From: a virus | Lineage: Duplodnaviria; Caudoviricetes | Reading direction: 5' to 3' (one strand) | DNA length: 29,575 nucleotides | IMG/VR virus record: IMGVR_UViG_3300044454_000252 | Span: 1-29,575 of that record | Shown here: positions 1 to 9,301 of the stretch, piece after piece | How the letters are laid out: every line of letters begins with the position of its first letter | Numbering within the stretch: the stretch's first letter is position 1 | Notes under the pieces: model-generated | Database searches by the model: none | What the model was told of the DNA's origin: nothing | The model's input: only the letters and a program-made list of their open reading frames with translations | Position numbers and translations under genes: made by a program

Positions 1-2
1 CA

Positions 3-953
3 AAAGACTTCCTCAAGCTGATCGCAACCTTAAAGCCTGAAATCAACGCAGCCGCCTTCGCCATGCAGGACATGCGGCAGGGGGAGATTGCCTGCAGCAC
101 CGATGCGATCAGGCTATTCCGGCGCGGCACGGTTACCTACAAGCGCCGGGTCCATAACGAACCGCACTACTCTGGTAAGACCGGGTATATACCAGAGAAA
201 ATATGTATCATGAAGCACTACGGGTACGATCTCACCCCGTATCAGCAGCGCAAAAAAGCCGAGCGCTCGATCCCGCTTCTGGTCGCATCCCTTGAAGACA
301 ACCCGGACGACTACGACAGCATGTTCTACCTGGCTAACGCCTACTCGACCTGGGTCATGGATTTTGAACTCTCGCTTAAATACGCCCAGCAATATCTTTC
401 CCACAAGAAGGATATCGGCGAAAAGTTCAACCGATCAACCTACTACCTGATCTGCGGAATCGCCGAGCGCACAAAGAATGCTGAGTTGTGGCATTCCATG
501 ATCACTGAAGGCCTGAATGAAAATATGGACGACATGGATCTCTGGTGGTCCATGCTACGTTATGGGCTCTTCACAAAGAACCCGGTTGATCTTATGACAG
601 GGGCCACCAACTATATCCGCTGTGTCGAGGAGTTCCACAAAACCAAACACAAAAAAGAAGTCGTCGGGCAAAAATTCAATTTTACCTATAACCCGGAGTA
701 TATTGCCAAAGGGCTTTACTACATGTTCCTGGGAAACCTCGAGACTTCAATGGACTCGCTTGAACGCCTGGAGAAGGCCCTCGAATTCTGCAAGCCGTTT
801 GTACGCGATGAGATCAAACGCAATATCGTTGACGATTTCAAGGGGTTCAAACTTGAGGATCAGCGCAAGGAAAAGCCGCTGATCGTCCAACCTTCGTTCG
901 GAGAAAAACTTGCCAATCTTAGACGTAATCATTCCGTGGGGGGAAAACGGTAA
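3..953 (+). CDS. Glycosyltransferase family 2 with TPR-like helical C-terminus (SunS-like / flagellin GT-like), 5'-truncated
   Basis: Frame is open back to position 3 (KDFLKLIATLKPEINAAAFAMQD...), so the start lies outside the window. Motifs IRLFRR, Y..RVHNEP and IMKHYGY are followed by TPR-like LEDNPDDYDSMFYLANAY, typical of the C-terminal half of GT2-TPR enzymes. Confidence 0.75.
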   Translation, partial: KDFLKLIATLKPEINAAAFAMQDMRQGEIACSTDAIRLFRRGTVTYKRRVHNEPHYSGKTGYIPEKICIMKHYGYDLTPYQQRKKAERSIPLLVASLEDNPDDYDSMFYLANAYSTWVMDFELSLKYAQQYLSHKKDIGEKFNRSTYYLICGIAERTKNAELWHSMITEGLNENMDDMDLWWSMLRYGLFTKNPVDLMTGATNYIRCVEEFHKTKHKKEVVGQKFNFTYNPEYIAKGLYYMFLGNLETSMDSLERLEKALEFCKPFVRDEIKRNIVDDFKGFKLEDQRKEKPLIVQPSFGEKLANLRRNHSVGGKR

Positions 954-1443
954 TCTCGGTGCTGCCTACAACCGGGCAATGGAATCGGTTGAAGACTGGG
1001 TGATCTTCCAGGATCACGATATCCTGCAGCTGAACCCACACTGGCACACCATGGTCAAAACGGCAATCGAAACCCTTGGGCACCAGGCCGGGTTTATCAC
1101 GGGAGTCACCAACCTGATCGCCTGCCCGATGCAGTATTGCATCAACGCGCCGAAAGGCTTCGACATGCTGGAGCACATGCAATTTGCCAAACAGCGCTAC
1201 AATGAATTCGGGAACCAGACCAAACTCGTCATTCCCGAAAAAATGCCGTTGCCGTTTTCAGGATTTTTTATCGTCACCCACAAGGAGGCCTGGAGGAAAG
1301 CCGGAGGATTCAAAGACGGTTTTCTCGGTGTCGACAACTGGTACCATGAAGCCGTGATCGATGCCGGCTATCGGACCTATGTGCTGCCAGGCCTTTACAT
1401 GTTCCATGTTTACTACAACAAGAAAAGGTGGGACACATTATGA
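910..1443 (+). CDS. Small GT-A fold (GT2-like) glycosyltransferase
   Basis: TTG start preceded by GGAG. Motifs NLGAAYNRAM, WVIFQDHD (DxD), AWRKAGGF, FLGVDN, GLYMFH. Confidence 0.75.
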   Translation: MPILDVIIPWGENGNLGAAYNRAMESVEDWVIFQDHDILQLNPHWHTMVKTAIETLGHQAGFITGVTNLIACPMQYCINAPKGFDMLEHMQFAKQRYNEFGNQTKLVIPEKMPLPFSGFFIVTHKEAWRKAGGFKDGFLGVDNWYHEAVIDAGYRTYVLPGLYMFHVYYNKKRWDTL

Positions 1444-2165
1444 AGATCGCTGTCTTCACGATTGCCAAAAATGAAAAATACTTTCTTCCGATCTGGATGA
1501 AATACTATTCCCAATTTTTCAAAAAGGAAGATATTTATATCATCGATAACGGCTCAACCGACGGCTGCATGGTAGGACCGGATGTCGAATGCATCTGGAT
1601 GCCGAGCCAATACGACTTTGACGTCAAATTCTTGAACGATGTGGCCATGACGTTTCAGAAGCAACTGCTCGAGCGCTACGATGCGGTGCTCTTCGCCGAA
1701 GCTGACGAGATCGTCGTTCCTAAAAAGAAGGGACGCTTCGACCTGCACCTGAAAGACAAACCCACGGCGCGCTGCCTAGGGTACGAAGTCGTCCACGTCG
1801 TTGAGAAGGAACCACCGATCGACTGGAACATGCCGTTGCTGCACCAGAGGCAATACTGGGAACTGCGGCCGGATTTCTGCAAACCGCTTCTCTCCAAGAT
1901 CCCACTTGCCTGGGAGGTGGGCTTCCACGATTCGATTCCGCCGGTTGCAATCGACCGGGAGCTTGCCCTGATCCATCTGCGCCGGATCGACTACGAACAT
2001 TCAAAGCAGCGCTTGCTCAAACGCAGCGCCTGGCCGCGGCCGCCGCAGCAGGCCGAGAACATGGCCTGGCAGTGGAAACTTGCTTCGCGGGATTTTGATT
2101 TCTGGTTCAAGGAAACCTACCCCAATCTTATCCACATACCGGAGGAGTTCAGGAATGTCTGTTAA
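1440..2165 (+). CDS. Glycosyltransferase family 2-like protein
   Basis: ATG at 1440 overlaps the previous stop (ATGA). Motifs IAVFTIAKNEKYFLPIWMKYY, IYIIDNGSTDG, VLFAEADE, W..GFH, LIHL. Confidence 0.8.
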   Translation: MKIAVFTIAKNEKYFLPIWMKYYSQFFKKEDIYIIDNGSTDGCMVGPDVECIWMPSQYDFDVKFLNDVAMTFQKQLLERYDAVLFAEADEIVVPKKKGRFDLHLKDKPTARCLGYEVVHVVEKEPPIDWNMPLLHQRQYWELRPDFCKPLLSKIPLAWEVGFHDSIPPVAIDRELALIHLRRIDYEHSKQRLLKRSAWPRPPQQAENMAWQWKLASRDFDFWFKETYPNLIHIPEEFRNVC

Positions 2166-3126
2166 CCAGGCCTACACCCACACCAGCAACGTCAGCAAAC
2201 TCTTGAAGCACCTGCCCAAGCTGAAGGCCCTGCAGGAGGGGCATCATGCCGTTCCTATCATGGTTCACACAATGCCAACCCACCGCTGTCAGCTCAAATG
2301 CGAGCACTGCTGTTTTAGGAACAGACAGGATGTGGCTCTTGATATCGATCTAAAGACCTATCTGCGCGGGGTGCATGGGTTCTGGGAACTTGGCACCCGG
2401 GCCATGGAGCTGACCGGTGGGGGCGAGCCGGTGCTCTACCCGAAGATCGGTTACTGTCTGGAATATTTCCACGAACTGGGGATGTCGGTCGGACTGATCT
2501 CAAACGGGCTGGCGCTGCCGAGGATCAAAGACCAGCTTGAGAAAGTCGCCTGGGTCAGGATCTCGCTCAACACACTGGACTATCGCAGCGAAGACGAGCT
2601 GCAGCCATCGATTGACCTTGCCAAGGACAAGACTCACCTATCTGCCTGTTATATTTGGAATAAGCACTCATCGGCAAACTTGAAGCGCGTCTTCGAATTC
2701 GCGTTGAAAAACAATCTCGTCTGTCGGGTGTCTCCGGATTGCATTCAGGAAGTCGATAAGATCGAAGTCGAAATGGAACTGATTCGAAAAGAGCTCAGGA
2801 CACTGCGGCCAAACGACATCATGTTTCTTTCCGACTTCAATACAACGCTCACCCGGCGTAACGCGAGCTGTTATATCCACCTGATCAAACCGTCGCTTTA
2901 CACCGACGGATATGTCTACCCCTGCCCGTCCGCGGAACTGGCGCTCGAAAACAACAAATCGATCAACGAGAAATTCCGGCTCTGCCATGCGAGCGAGGTC
3001 TACAGTTTCTACCGCAAGATGTCCACCAAGAAACTCGAGCATGGCTGCAGCTACTGCAAATACACCAAGCAGCAGGAACTCATCGAAGATCTTTTAACGG
3101 AGACTGACTTCAATGAGTTCGCCTGA
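2155..3126 (+). CDS. Radical SAM enzyme with C-terminal SPASM/twitch-like Cys cluster
   Basis: CQLKCEHC (CxxxCxxC), LTGGGEP, SNG, WVRISL. C-terminal C...YTDGYVYPC...CSYC. Start moved to ATG 2155, which follows GGAGGAG. Confidence 0.9.
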   Translation: MSVNQAYTHTSNVSKLLKHLPKLKALQEGHHAVPIMVHTMPTHRCQLKCEHCCFRNRQDVALDIDLKTYLRGVHGFWELGTRAMELTGGGEPVLYPKIGYCLEYFHELGMSVGLISNGLALPRIKDQLEKVAWVRISLNTLDYRSEDELQPSIDLAKDKTHLSACYIWNKHSSANLKRVFEFALKNNLVCRVSPDCIQEVDKIEVEMELIRKELRTLRPNDIMFLSDFNTTLTRRNASCYIHLIKPSLYTDGYVYPCPSAELALENNKSINEKFRLCHASEVYSFYRKMSTKKLEHGCSYCKYTKQQELIEDLLTETDFNEFA

Positions 3127-3724
3127 AGTATACAACGCCAACTATTTCGAGCGCGGCTGCGAGCTGGGCTTAAGCCTTTACCGCAACTACCGCTGGATGC
3201 CGGAAGTATCGATCCCCATGGCCTGCGAGCTCAAGGCCATGTACCCAAAAAAATCGATTCTGGATTTCGGCTGCGCCAAGGGGTTTCTGGTCAAAGCCAT
3301 GCGCTCGCTTGGGATTGAAGCCTACGGGGTCGATATCTCTAAGTACGCGATTGCCTGTGCCGACGACTGCACCCGGCCGTTTCTTTTTGAGAAGGTAAAA
3401 GATGCTCCAGAATCCGATGTGGTCTTCTCCAAGGACACTCTTGAGCATATCGAGCGCAAGGATTTGCCGCCGGTCTTGATGGCACTTCGACGCCGATTCA
3501 AACAGGCCTTTATGATCGTGCCCTTCGGGGAGAACGGGGTTTACCGGATAAAAGATTACGACAAGGATTTGACCCATCGGATCACAGAACCTGAATACTG
3601 GTGGGGCCTGCAATTCAAGCATGCAGGATTTAAAATAGAAACAATGACTTACAAAGTTTCAGGATTCAAAGACAACTGGGCCCAGTATGAAAAGGGCAAC
3701 GGTTTTTATTTCTTGAAATCTTAG
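3113..3724 (+). CDS. Class I SAM-dependent methyltransferase (glycan-cluster type)
   Basis: Motif I ILDFGCAKG, YGVDIS, D.LEH. Overlaps the upstream gene by 14 nt. Confidence 0.88.
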   Translation: MSSPEVYNANYFERGCELGLSLYRNYRWMPEVSIPMACELKAMYPKKSILDFGCAKGFLVKAMRSLGIEAYGVDISKYAIACADDCTRPFLFEKVKDAPESDVVFSKDTLEHIERKDLPPVLMALRRRFKQAFMIVPFGENGVYRIKDYDKDLTHRITEPEYWWGLQFKHAGFKIETMTYKVSGFKDNWAQYEKGNGFYFLKS

Positions 3725-3741
3725 CAAAACTAAGACATAAT
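3713..3741 (+). promoter_or_regulatory. Putative sigma70-like promoter
   Basis: TTGAAA (3713-3718), 17-nt spacer, CATAAT (3736-3741), followed by AGGAGG and ATG 3766. Confidence 0.55.
3720..3734 (+). promoter_or_regulatory. Repeated semi-palindromic motif, copy 1 (CTTAGCAAAACTAAG)
   Basis: Perfect dyad TCTTAG-N5-CTAAGA at 3719-3735. Near-identical copies at 10148, 15002 and 25471. Confidence 0.7.
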
Positions 3742-3765
3742 GAATAATCATCACAGGAGGTTCAA

Positions 3766-4188
3766 ATGAAAAAGCTAATGTTGGTTCTGAGCATTTTTAT
3801 AATGCTCGTTGCGATCCCAGCCTTTGCGATCGAAGCCCACTGGGACTTCGGCACTCCGGCGCCTGACAATGCCTGGGGCTACAAGTTGAAATGGGGCCTT
3901 GCCGACGGAGTCTACACGCAGAGCCAGGATATCCTAAAATCTGCTTGTGTGGCCGGCACTGATGCGCTCGGCGCTTATGACTGCAAAACGACTGTAGCCA
4001 ATACCGGCTTTATCGTCGGAACACATTATTTTTTTGAAGTCGTGGCATGGGCCTATTCACAGGATGGGACAACCCAAATACCAAGCACGTCTGGATCTAA
4101 AGCCCAATATGTCCACCAAGCTGGAGGCACAACTGGGGTACCGCCCAAACCACCGGCCGGCTTAGGGATTTATCCGACGGCACAGTAA
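3766..4188 (+). CDS. Secreted protein with Sec signal peptide, fibronectin type III-like beta sandwich
   Basis: MKK + hydrophobic stretch + AFA cleavage motif. W-D...GYKLKWG...GVYT...YFFEVVAW pattern resembles FN3. Strong AGGAGG ribosome binding site. Confidence 0.6.
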   Translation: MKKLMLVLSIFIMLVAIPAFAIEAHWDFGTPAPDNAWGYKLKWGLADGVYTQSQDILKSACVAGTDALGAYDCKTTVANTGFIVGTHYFFEVVAWAYSQDGTTQIPSTSGSKAQYVHQAGGTTGVPPKPPAGLGIYPTAQ

Positions 4189-4225
4189 CTTAAACCAAAA
4201 TCGGGGCGCTTCAAAAGGAATTCAA

Positions 4226-4669
4226 ATGAAAACCCTTTGCGCCCTTATTTTCTCTTTTCTTATTTTTGTCAGCACCACCTGGGCCATGGGCTCTCACGGC
4301 GGCGGTGGTGGCGGTCATGGAACCCCCCAACCTCCTCCGAGCGGACCATGGCTTTTTTGCGTCTCGGAAGGCGCTGATCTTTTCGAACTCGATATCGATG
4401 GGGTTCTTTTTGACTACGATGCGTCGGATGATTTTAAAATGAATGTCGATTTACGCTGGCATCTAAATCAACCCGGGGATTACGACGTTTCAGTGGTCCC
4501 CCGCAACAAAGACGGCAGCGGCAAAGAAATCTTCTTCTCAGTGCAAATTGTCAAAATGAAAAACGGGCTTCTGTGGAAAATGATTCCGCTTGATTACCTG
4601 ATCGCCGAAGATCCGGAATACATGAACAGTTTTTCCGTACCGGATCTTGAGATGACAACAGGAAGATAA
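4226..4669 (+). CDS. Secreted hypothetical protein (signal peptide, Gly/Pro linker, small beta domain)
   Basis: MKT + hydrophobic stretch + TWA, then GGGGGGHGTPQPPPSG, then PGDYDVSVVPRN (Ig/FN3-like strand). AAGGA ribosome binding site. Confidence 0.55.
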   Translation: MKTLCALIFSFLIFVSTTWAMGSHGGGGGGHGTPQPPPSGPWLFCVSEGADLFELDIDGVLFDYDASDDFKMNVDLRWHLNQPGDYDVSVVPRNKDGSGKEIFFSVQIVKMKNGLLWKMIPLDYLIAEDPEYMNSFSVPDLEMTTGR

Positions 4670-4671
4670 AC

Positions 4672-5562
4672 ATGGCTGAATTCATATTTAAACGCACTGA
4701 CTACACGCATACCGATCAGGACAAAGACCGTCGCGGAGTCCATAAGAAAACGGACTTTATCAACTACAAACCGGATGGGTGGAGCGATCACCCCAACTGG
4801 GTCGCGTCGAGCTATCCGGTGGATTTTGTGGTGGTCAAGGTGCCTGAGATCGGCTTTGCGGAAACTGAAGCAAACGACCACCGCAAGCCCTGGCGTGATG
4901 ACCTTGACTATGAAATCACGGTAACCCGTCCAGCGCAAGGTGAATTCGATATTCGTATTTTTGAGAAGAACGCTGGAGCTATCAACCAGAATTGCATTGC
5001 CGGCGTCAAGGCCACCAAAATCAGGGATTATCTCCTGGCTTGGGGATGCAGCAATTTTGCGCTTTCAGCAACGGACGGTAGTTTTACTTTCAGCCTATGG
5101 GATGCTGTACGGTCTGCAAATTTTTGGGAAGTGCCACTGTTGGGAAGCAAGGTCAGCTTTGCCTTGAACAGTTATTCAGGCGCAACCGGGATCGGGAATA
5201 TTACCGTCACGGCCATTCAAGAGGCATGGCTTCCGCTTCAGAAGCAGGACGGCGAGATTCTGCGCGATATGACCCAGGAAGAAATCGAAACCCACATCGG
5301 GGATATTATCACACGCAAAATCGTTGAACGAGGCGGCACGGTCATTAGCCAAGTCTATCCTAATTTTGTCTTTGAGATTGAACGGGAAGATATTCTTACC
5401 CGCTTCAGGGCCGATGTGAAGCGGCGGCTGGAACAGGTCTACATGCGCCACCAGTACGGAATCTCATTAGCCGATCATGACTTGATTGTTGCGGCGGGTG
5501 GGATGGTCACGATGACCAAGGCTGAATTTCTTTCTAAGATCATAGACAAGATGGCGGCTTAA
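4672..5562 (+). CDS. Hypothetical phage protein
   Basis: 296-aa ORF filling the gap, 2 nt after and 1 nt before its neighbours. No motif confidently recognised. Confidence 0.7.
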   Translation: MAEFIFKRTDYTHTDQDKDRRGVHKKTDFINYKPDGWSDHPNWVASSYPVDFVVVKVPEIGFAETEANDHRKPWRDDLDYEITVTRPAQGEFDIRIFEKNAGAINQNCIAGVKATKIRDYLLAWGCSNFALSATDGSFTFSLWDAVRSANFWEVPLLGSKVSFALNSYSGATGIGNITVTAIQEAWLPLQKQDGEILRDMTQEEIETHIGDIITRKIVERGGTVISQVYPNFVFEIEREDILTRFRADVKRRLEQVYMRHQYGISLADHDLIVAAGGMVTMTKAEFLSKIIDKMAA

Positions 5563-5563
5563 A

Positions 5564-7924
5564 ATGGGAATTGCATTTGTAAATGGTAGTTATAACCAAA
5601 ACGATACCGGAAGTGCTGCTACTTCAATAGCCGCCGCTGCTTTGGCGGTCACTTCCGGTAATGCGATTATCGTTGGGGTTTATACCTACAGCGGCGACCC
5701 TTCAAATTGCCAGGATACCGCTGGAAATAATTATTCAAAACTTGGGACTTATCTTGATGGCACAACAAGCCGCCGATTAACTTTTTACCTGGCTCAAGAT
5801 ATTACTGGTCACGCATCGAATGTGGTCACGGTCACGTTTCCATCATCCACATATCCACGGCTTTGTGTAGCCCATTTATTAGGTGTTGCGAAAAGCGGCG
5901 CTCATGATACCGGATTTGCTCCGGCTGGAAATTACGATACATCTTCTCCATTTACTACCACGGCAGGAACCACCAAAAATGATGGTGAGTGGATTTTTGG
6001 AATTTATGACGGCATTGGGACTGGGCCTTATGCGAATTCAAGTCCATCGGTGGTTAGAGTAAACATCGCAGGATCGTATTCAGACTTTTGCTTAGCAACC
6101 AATTTGATTTCATCTGCGGGATCAGGGAGTGTTTCTGCTGCTGATGGAAATACGATTGGACAGGCTGTTTGTTACTCGAAGGCATTGCGCCCAGCAGAAG
6201 TTGAAGTCATCAAAGTTATCGACCCCGATCTCGGCGCAGGAGCCGACTACGACAGCCTCTATGACTGGGAAGCCGCCCAGCAGGGGGACTTGACTGGCGC
6301 TCGGAACGAAATCGCTGTTGCCAGTCGTGTGTGTACGGGTGGTTCATCTGATGATACCAATGTTGTATTGGATGGATGGACAGTTTCATCTACTCAATAT
6401 ATTAAAATAACTTCTCCCTCTGAATATCGTCATAATGGAAAATGGGATGCTACAAAATCGCGGCATAAAATCACAACGGCATCTGGTGAGACAGCAGCTA
6501 TCCTGAATCATGAATCCTATACCATTATTGAGTGGCAACAAATTGACGTTGCTCCGGCCAGCAGTGGTGGAAATGGAGTTGCGACAGATGGCATCTTTGC
6601 AGCGGGGGATGTAAACCCAACGGATATAACAGTACGAAATTGTATTGTACGAAAATCAAATAATAATGTGCAAGAAATTGAAATTGGGATTTTATTTATT
6701 TGCTCATCTGGATCAACCTCTAATCACCGTTGCTATCGAAATATAGTATATGGTTTTAATGATGGATCAGATTCCCTTTTCTCTGCCGGTATATGTTTCG
6801 CAGAAGAAAATTCTACCACCATTGCTGGATTGATTTACAATAATACCGTTTATGGTTGCAAGAACGGAATAGTTCTTTGTGCCGATGATGCTGCATTTAC
6901 TGGAGCAATAAATTTAAAAAACAACTTTTCTGCTGGTAATTCAGGTACTGCTTATTATTTTGATTCTCCCGCAGCATTAACCAGCGCTAAAAATATTTCT
7001 TCTGATACGACCAGCCCGAACGGTGCAAGCTATCAGAACAAAACAGCCTATTCAGATTATTTTGTTGATTATGCTGCCAGTGATTTTCATCTGAAGTCAA
7101 CTGATACTGTTCTGAAAGATGCTGGAGACAATCTTGGTAGCCCATACGACGTAGACATAGATGGACAAACAGTTACAGACACATGGGACATCGGTGCCGA
7201 TGAGTATGTTGTAACCATCATCGAAGGCTCAACCTGCTGGGGTCATGTTACCGGTGTCACGCAGACCAATGTAAGGGCTTTCACAAACTGGACTGGCACC
7301 GGCACTATCGAGAATAGTGGCGACACCGAACGCCTCAAGCTCGCGCCTGGCGAATACATGGAATCGGAAGTGGTCAACACCGGCGCAGGAACGATCACGA
7401 TAGACAAGGACGCCTACCCCCAGTATTTCGGCAATGAAGCATCCGATACCAATGACAGTCCCAGCATTGCTACTATTTGGTTGATGCACGAATATACTTG
7501 TCCCGGCTATGGCCCACAAAATATCCAAGAACTTTCATTGAAATGCTATCAAACTCAAGCAGTAAATATTCGCCTTGGTGTTTATACTACGGCAGGTGTG
7601 CTTGTGGCGGAAGGCACAGGGCAAGTAGCTGTATCTGCAAACGGCGGCGTTCCAACTTGGCAAGGACATATGACGCAAGCGGCAGTAAAAGCGGCCGGTG
7701 GTGCGAGTCCGGGCGTATTGCAGGGTGGCACCAATTATCTCTTTGCTTATTCGATGGATGTGACAGCAGTTTTACATGATAGGGTTTTGGTGACAGGCGC
7801 GTCAGGAGAATTGCGCTATGCAATAGATGTCGATTCGACGGGCGGAATGCCAGCAAATCTTCCCAGTTATGAATCGGGCGGCACGGCTGAAGTGGCGCTG
7901 CGCTGCAAAGTAGTAAAGGCATAA
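5564..7924 (+). CDS. Modular virion surface/fibre protein with pectin-lyase-like beta-helix region
   Basis: Ser/Thr/Gly-rich. Beta-helix-like repeats VRNCIV, YRNIVYG, IYNNTVYGC, LKNN, capped by DFHL...DAG...DIDGQ...WDIGADEY. The N-terminal ~210 aa are paralogous to the next gene. Confidence 0.65.
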   Translation: MGIAFVNGSYNQNDTGSAATSIAAAALAVTSGNAIIVGVYTYSGDPSNCQDTAGNNYSKLGTYLDGTTSRRLTFYLAQDITGHASNVVTVTFPSSTYPRLCVAHLLGVAKSGAHDTGFAPAGNYDTSSPFTTTAGTTKNDGEWIFGIYDGIGTGPYANSSPSVVRVNIAGSYSDFCLATNLISSAGSGSVSAADGNTIGQAVCYSKALRPAEVEVIKVIDPDLGAGADYDSLYDWEAAQQGDLTGARNEIAVASRVCTGGSSDDTNVVLDGWTVSSTQYIKITSPSEYRHNGKWDATKSRHKITTASGETAAILNHESYTIIEWQQIDVAPASSGGNGVATDGIFAAGDVNPTDITVRNCIVRKSNNNVQEIEIGILFICSSGSTSNHRCYRNIVYGFNDGSDSLFSAGICFAEENSTTIAGLIYNNTVYGCKNGIVLCADDAAFTGAINLKNNFSAGNSGTAYYFDSPAALTSAKNISSDTTSPNGASYQNKTAYSDYFVDYAASDFHLKSTDTVLKDAGDNLGSPYDVDIDGQTVTDTWDIGADEYVVTIIEGSTCWGHVTGVTQTNVRAFTNWTGTGTIENSGDTERLKLAPGEYMESEVVNTGAGTITIDKDAYPQYFGNEASDTNDSPSIATIWLMHEYTCPGYGPQNIQELSLKCYQTQAVNIRLGVYTTAGVLVAEGTGQVAVSANGGVPTWQGHMTQAAVKAAGGASPGVLQGGTNYLFAYSMDVTAVLHDRVLVTGASGELRYAIDVDSTGGMPANLPSYESGGTAEVALRCKVVKA

Positions 7925-7936
7925 GGATAAAAGCAA

Positions 7937-9301
7937 ATGGGAATCAATTTTGTACCCAATACTGGTGGTGGGAATAATTTTTTAGGATCATCTTCATCTA
8001 TTGAACAATTTGCAGCAGTACCAATAACAGCAGGTAATGCCATTGTTGTCATCGCAGAAATAGTGGATACAACAGGATATAAAACCGTCACCAGTATAAC
8101 AGATACGGCAGGGAATAATGCGAAATATACTTTGTGTGGATCACGTTATCAATTTCTTTTTGCTGCAACTTATTATGTTAATATTGAATTTTGGATAGCT
8201 CTTGATGTAGCTGCCAATGCAGCAAACAAGGTCACGGTTAATTATTCAACTGCCAATCAGGGAGTGCAAATATCAACCGGATCATGGTCAGGAATTACTT
8301 CGCATGATACGGGATATGACCCTTCTGGAAATGTAGATGCGACTTCCCCTTATGCTACTACACCAGCCAATACTGCTGAAAATAACGAACTCATTATAGG
8401 AGGATTTTTCAGTCTTGTTGGAACAAGTCAAACTTTAAGTTCTTCTTCTCCATCTGTTCTTAGGGACGTTGGTAATGTGTCTGGCATTAGAGCCATTGCA
8501 GAAAATGCAGCGGATATTGCAGGATCGTTCGGGGTTGCTCTGGCATCTACGATTAATGAATCATGGGTTTGTTTTGCAAAGGCATTTAAATCTAATCCCA
8601 TTACCATGAGTTTCCGAACCGGCGCAACCGAAGCGGCCTGCCTTGCAGCGAGCTGGACGGAGCTTGGGACTCTTCCGGATACTTTCTCAAGCAGCGGCTT
8701 TGCTCAACTCAGGGTGGAGGTATCATCAGGGAAAGCTTCATTTTCAGATACTTTCAGTGGCGATTTGTCAGCTTGGACTGTTGTAGCAGGCACCTGGGTT
8801 ATCACTTCAGGTGTGCTTCAAAATAATAACGGTGATTCTTCATGGACTGGTATTTATTATAATTCTCCGACAAATACTGATGATCAATATATAGAATTTA
8901 AAGTTATAAACCCAGGAATAGGAAGCGGCAACAGAATAGACATCATTTTTAGAGGAACAGAAGCCCTTGCCAGTGGAGATTGGATTAGCTTTGAAGCAAA
9001 TATGGGTGATTTTGAATTAAACAATGCAGATGGGGAGGTTATAGGTACAAGTCTTGTAGATGAGCTTACAGGTGGACATTACTATGGGATTGAGATTAGT
9101 GGAGCAAGAAATAATTCCACTGTAAATTTATATGACAACGGGACAAGCAGCGTAGCACGGCCTTGGTCGAATCCCATAAAGACATGGGCTAATGTCGATT
9201 TAACTGCTGATAATCCCGAAGGAAGATATTTAGGAATCGCTATAGTCCATAATGCTGCCAATAAATATCAACTGGATGACTTCAAAGCCGGTGATCAATG
9301 A
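7937..9301 (+). CDS. Modular virion surface protein, C-terminal lectin-like beta-sandwich suspected
   Basis: N-terminus paralogous to 5564 (GNAI.V, DTAGNN, HDTG..P.GN.D.TSP). C-terminal FSDTF...WTVVAGTWVI...DDQY...LDDFKAGD pattern is common in concanavalin-like phage domains. Confidence 0.55.
   Translation: MGINFVPNTGGGNNFLGSSSSIEQFAAVPITAGNAIVVIAEIVDTTGYKTVTSITDTAGNNAKYTLCGSRYQFLFAATYYVNIEFWIALDVAANAANKVTVNYSTANQGVQISTGSWSGITSHDTGYDPSGNVDATSPYATTPANTAENNELIIGGFFSLVGTSQTLSSSSPSVLRDVGNVSGIRAIAENAADIAGSFGVALASTINESWVCFAKAFKSNPITMSFRTGATEAACLAASWTELGTLPDTFSSSGFAQLRVEVSSGKASFSDTFSGDLSAWTVVAGTWVITSGVLQNNNGDSSWTGIYYNSPTNTDDQYIEFKVINPGIGSGNRIDIIFRGTEALASGDWISFEANMGDFELNNADGEVIGTSLVDELTGGHYYGIEISGARNNSTVNLYDNGTSSVARPWSNPIKTWANVDLTADNPEGRYLGIAIVHNAANKYQLDDFKAGDQ

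Noticed and set aside
3-3724. DNA hypermodification or O-antigen conversion cassette
   Set aside because: No nucleotide-modifying or replication genes nearby, and no GtrA/GtrB-like or multi-pass membrane proteins. Location among virion genes favours protein substrates, though this is not excluded.
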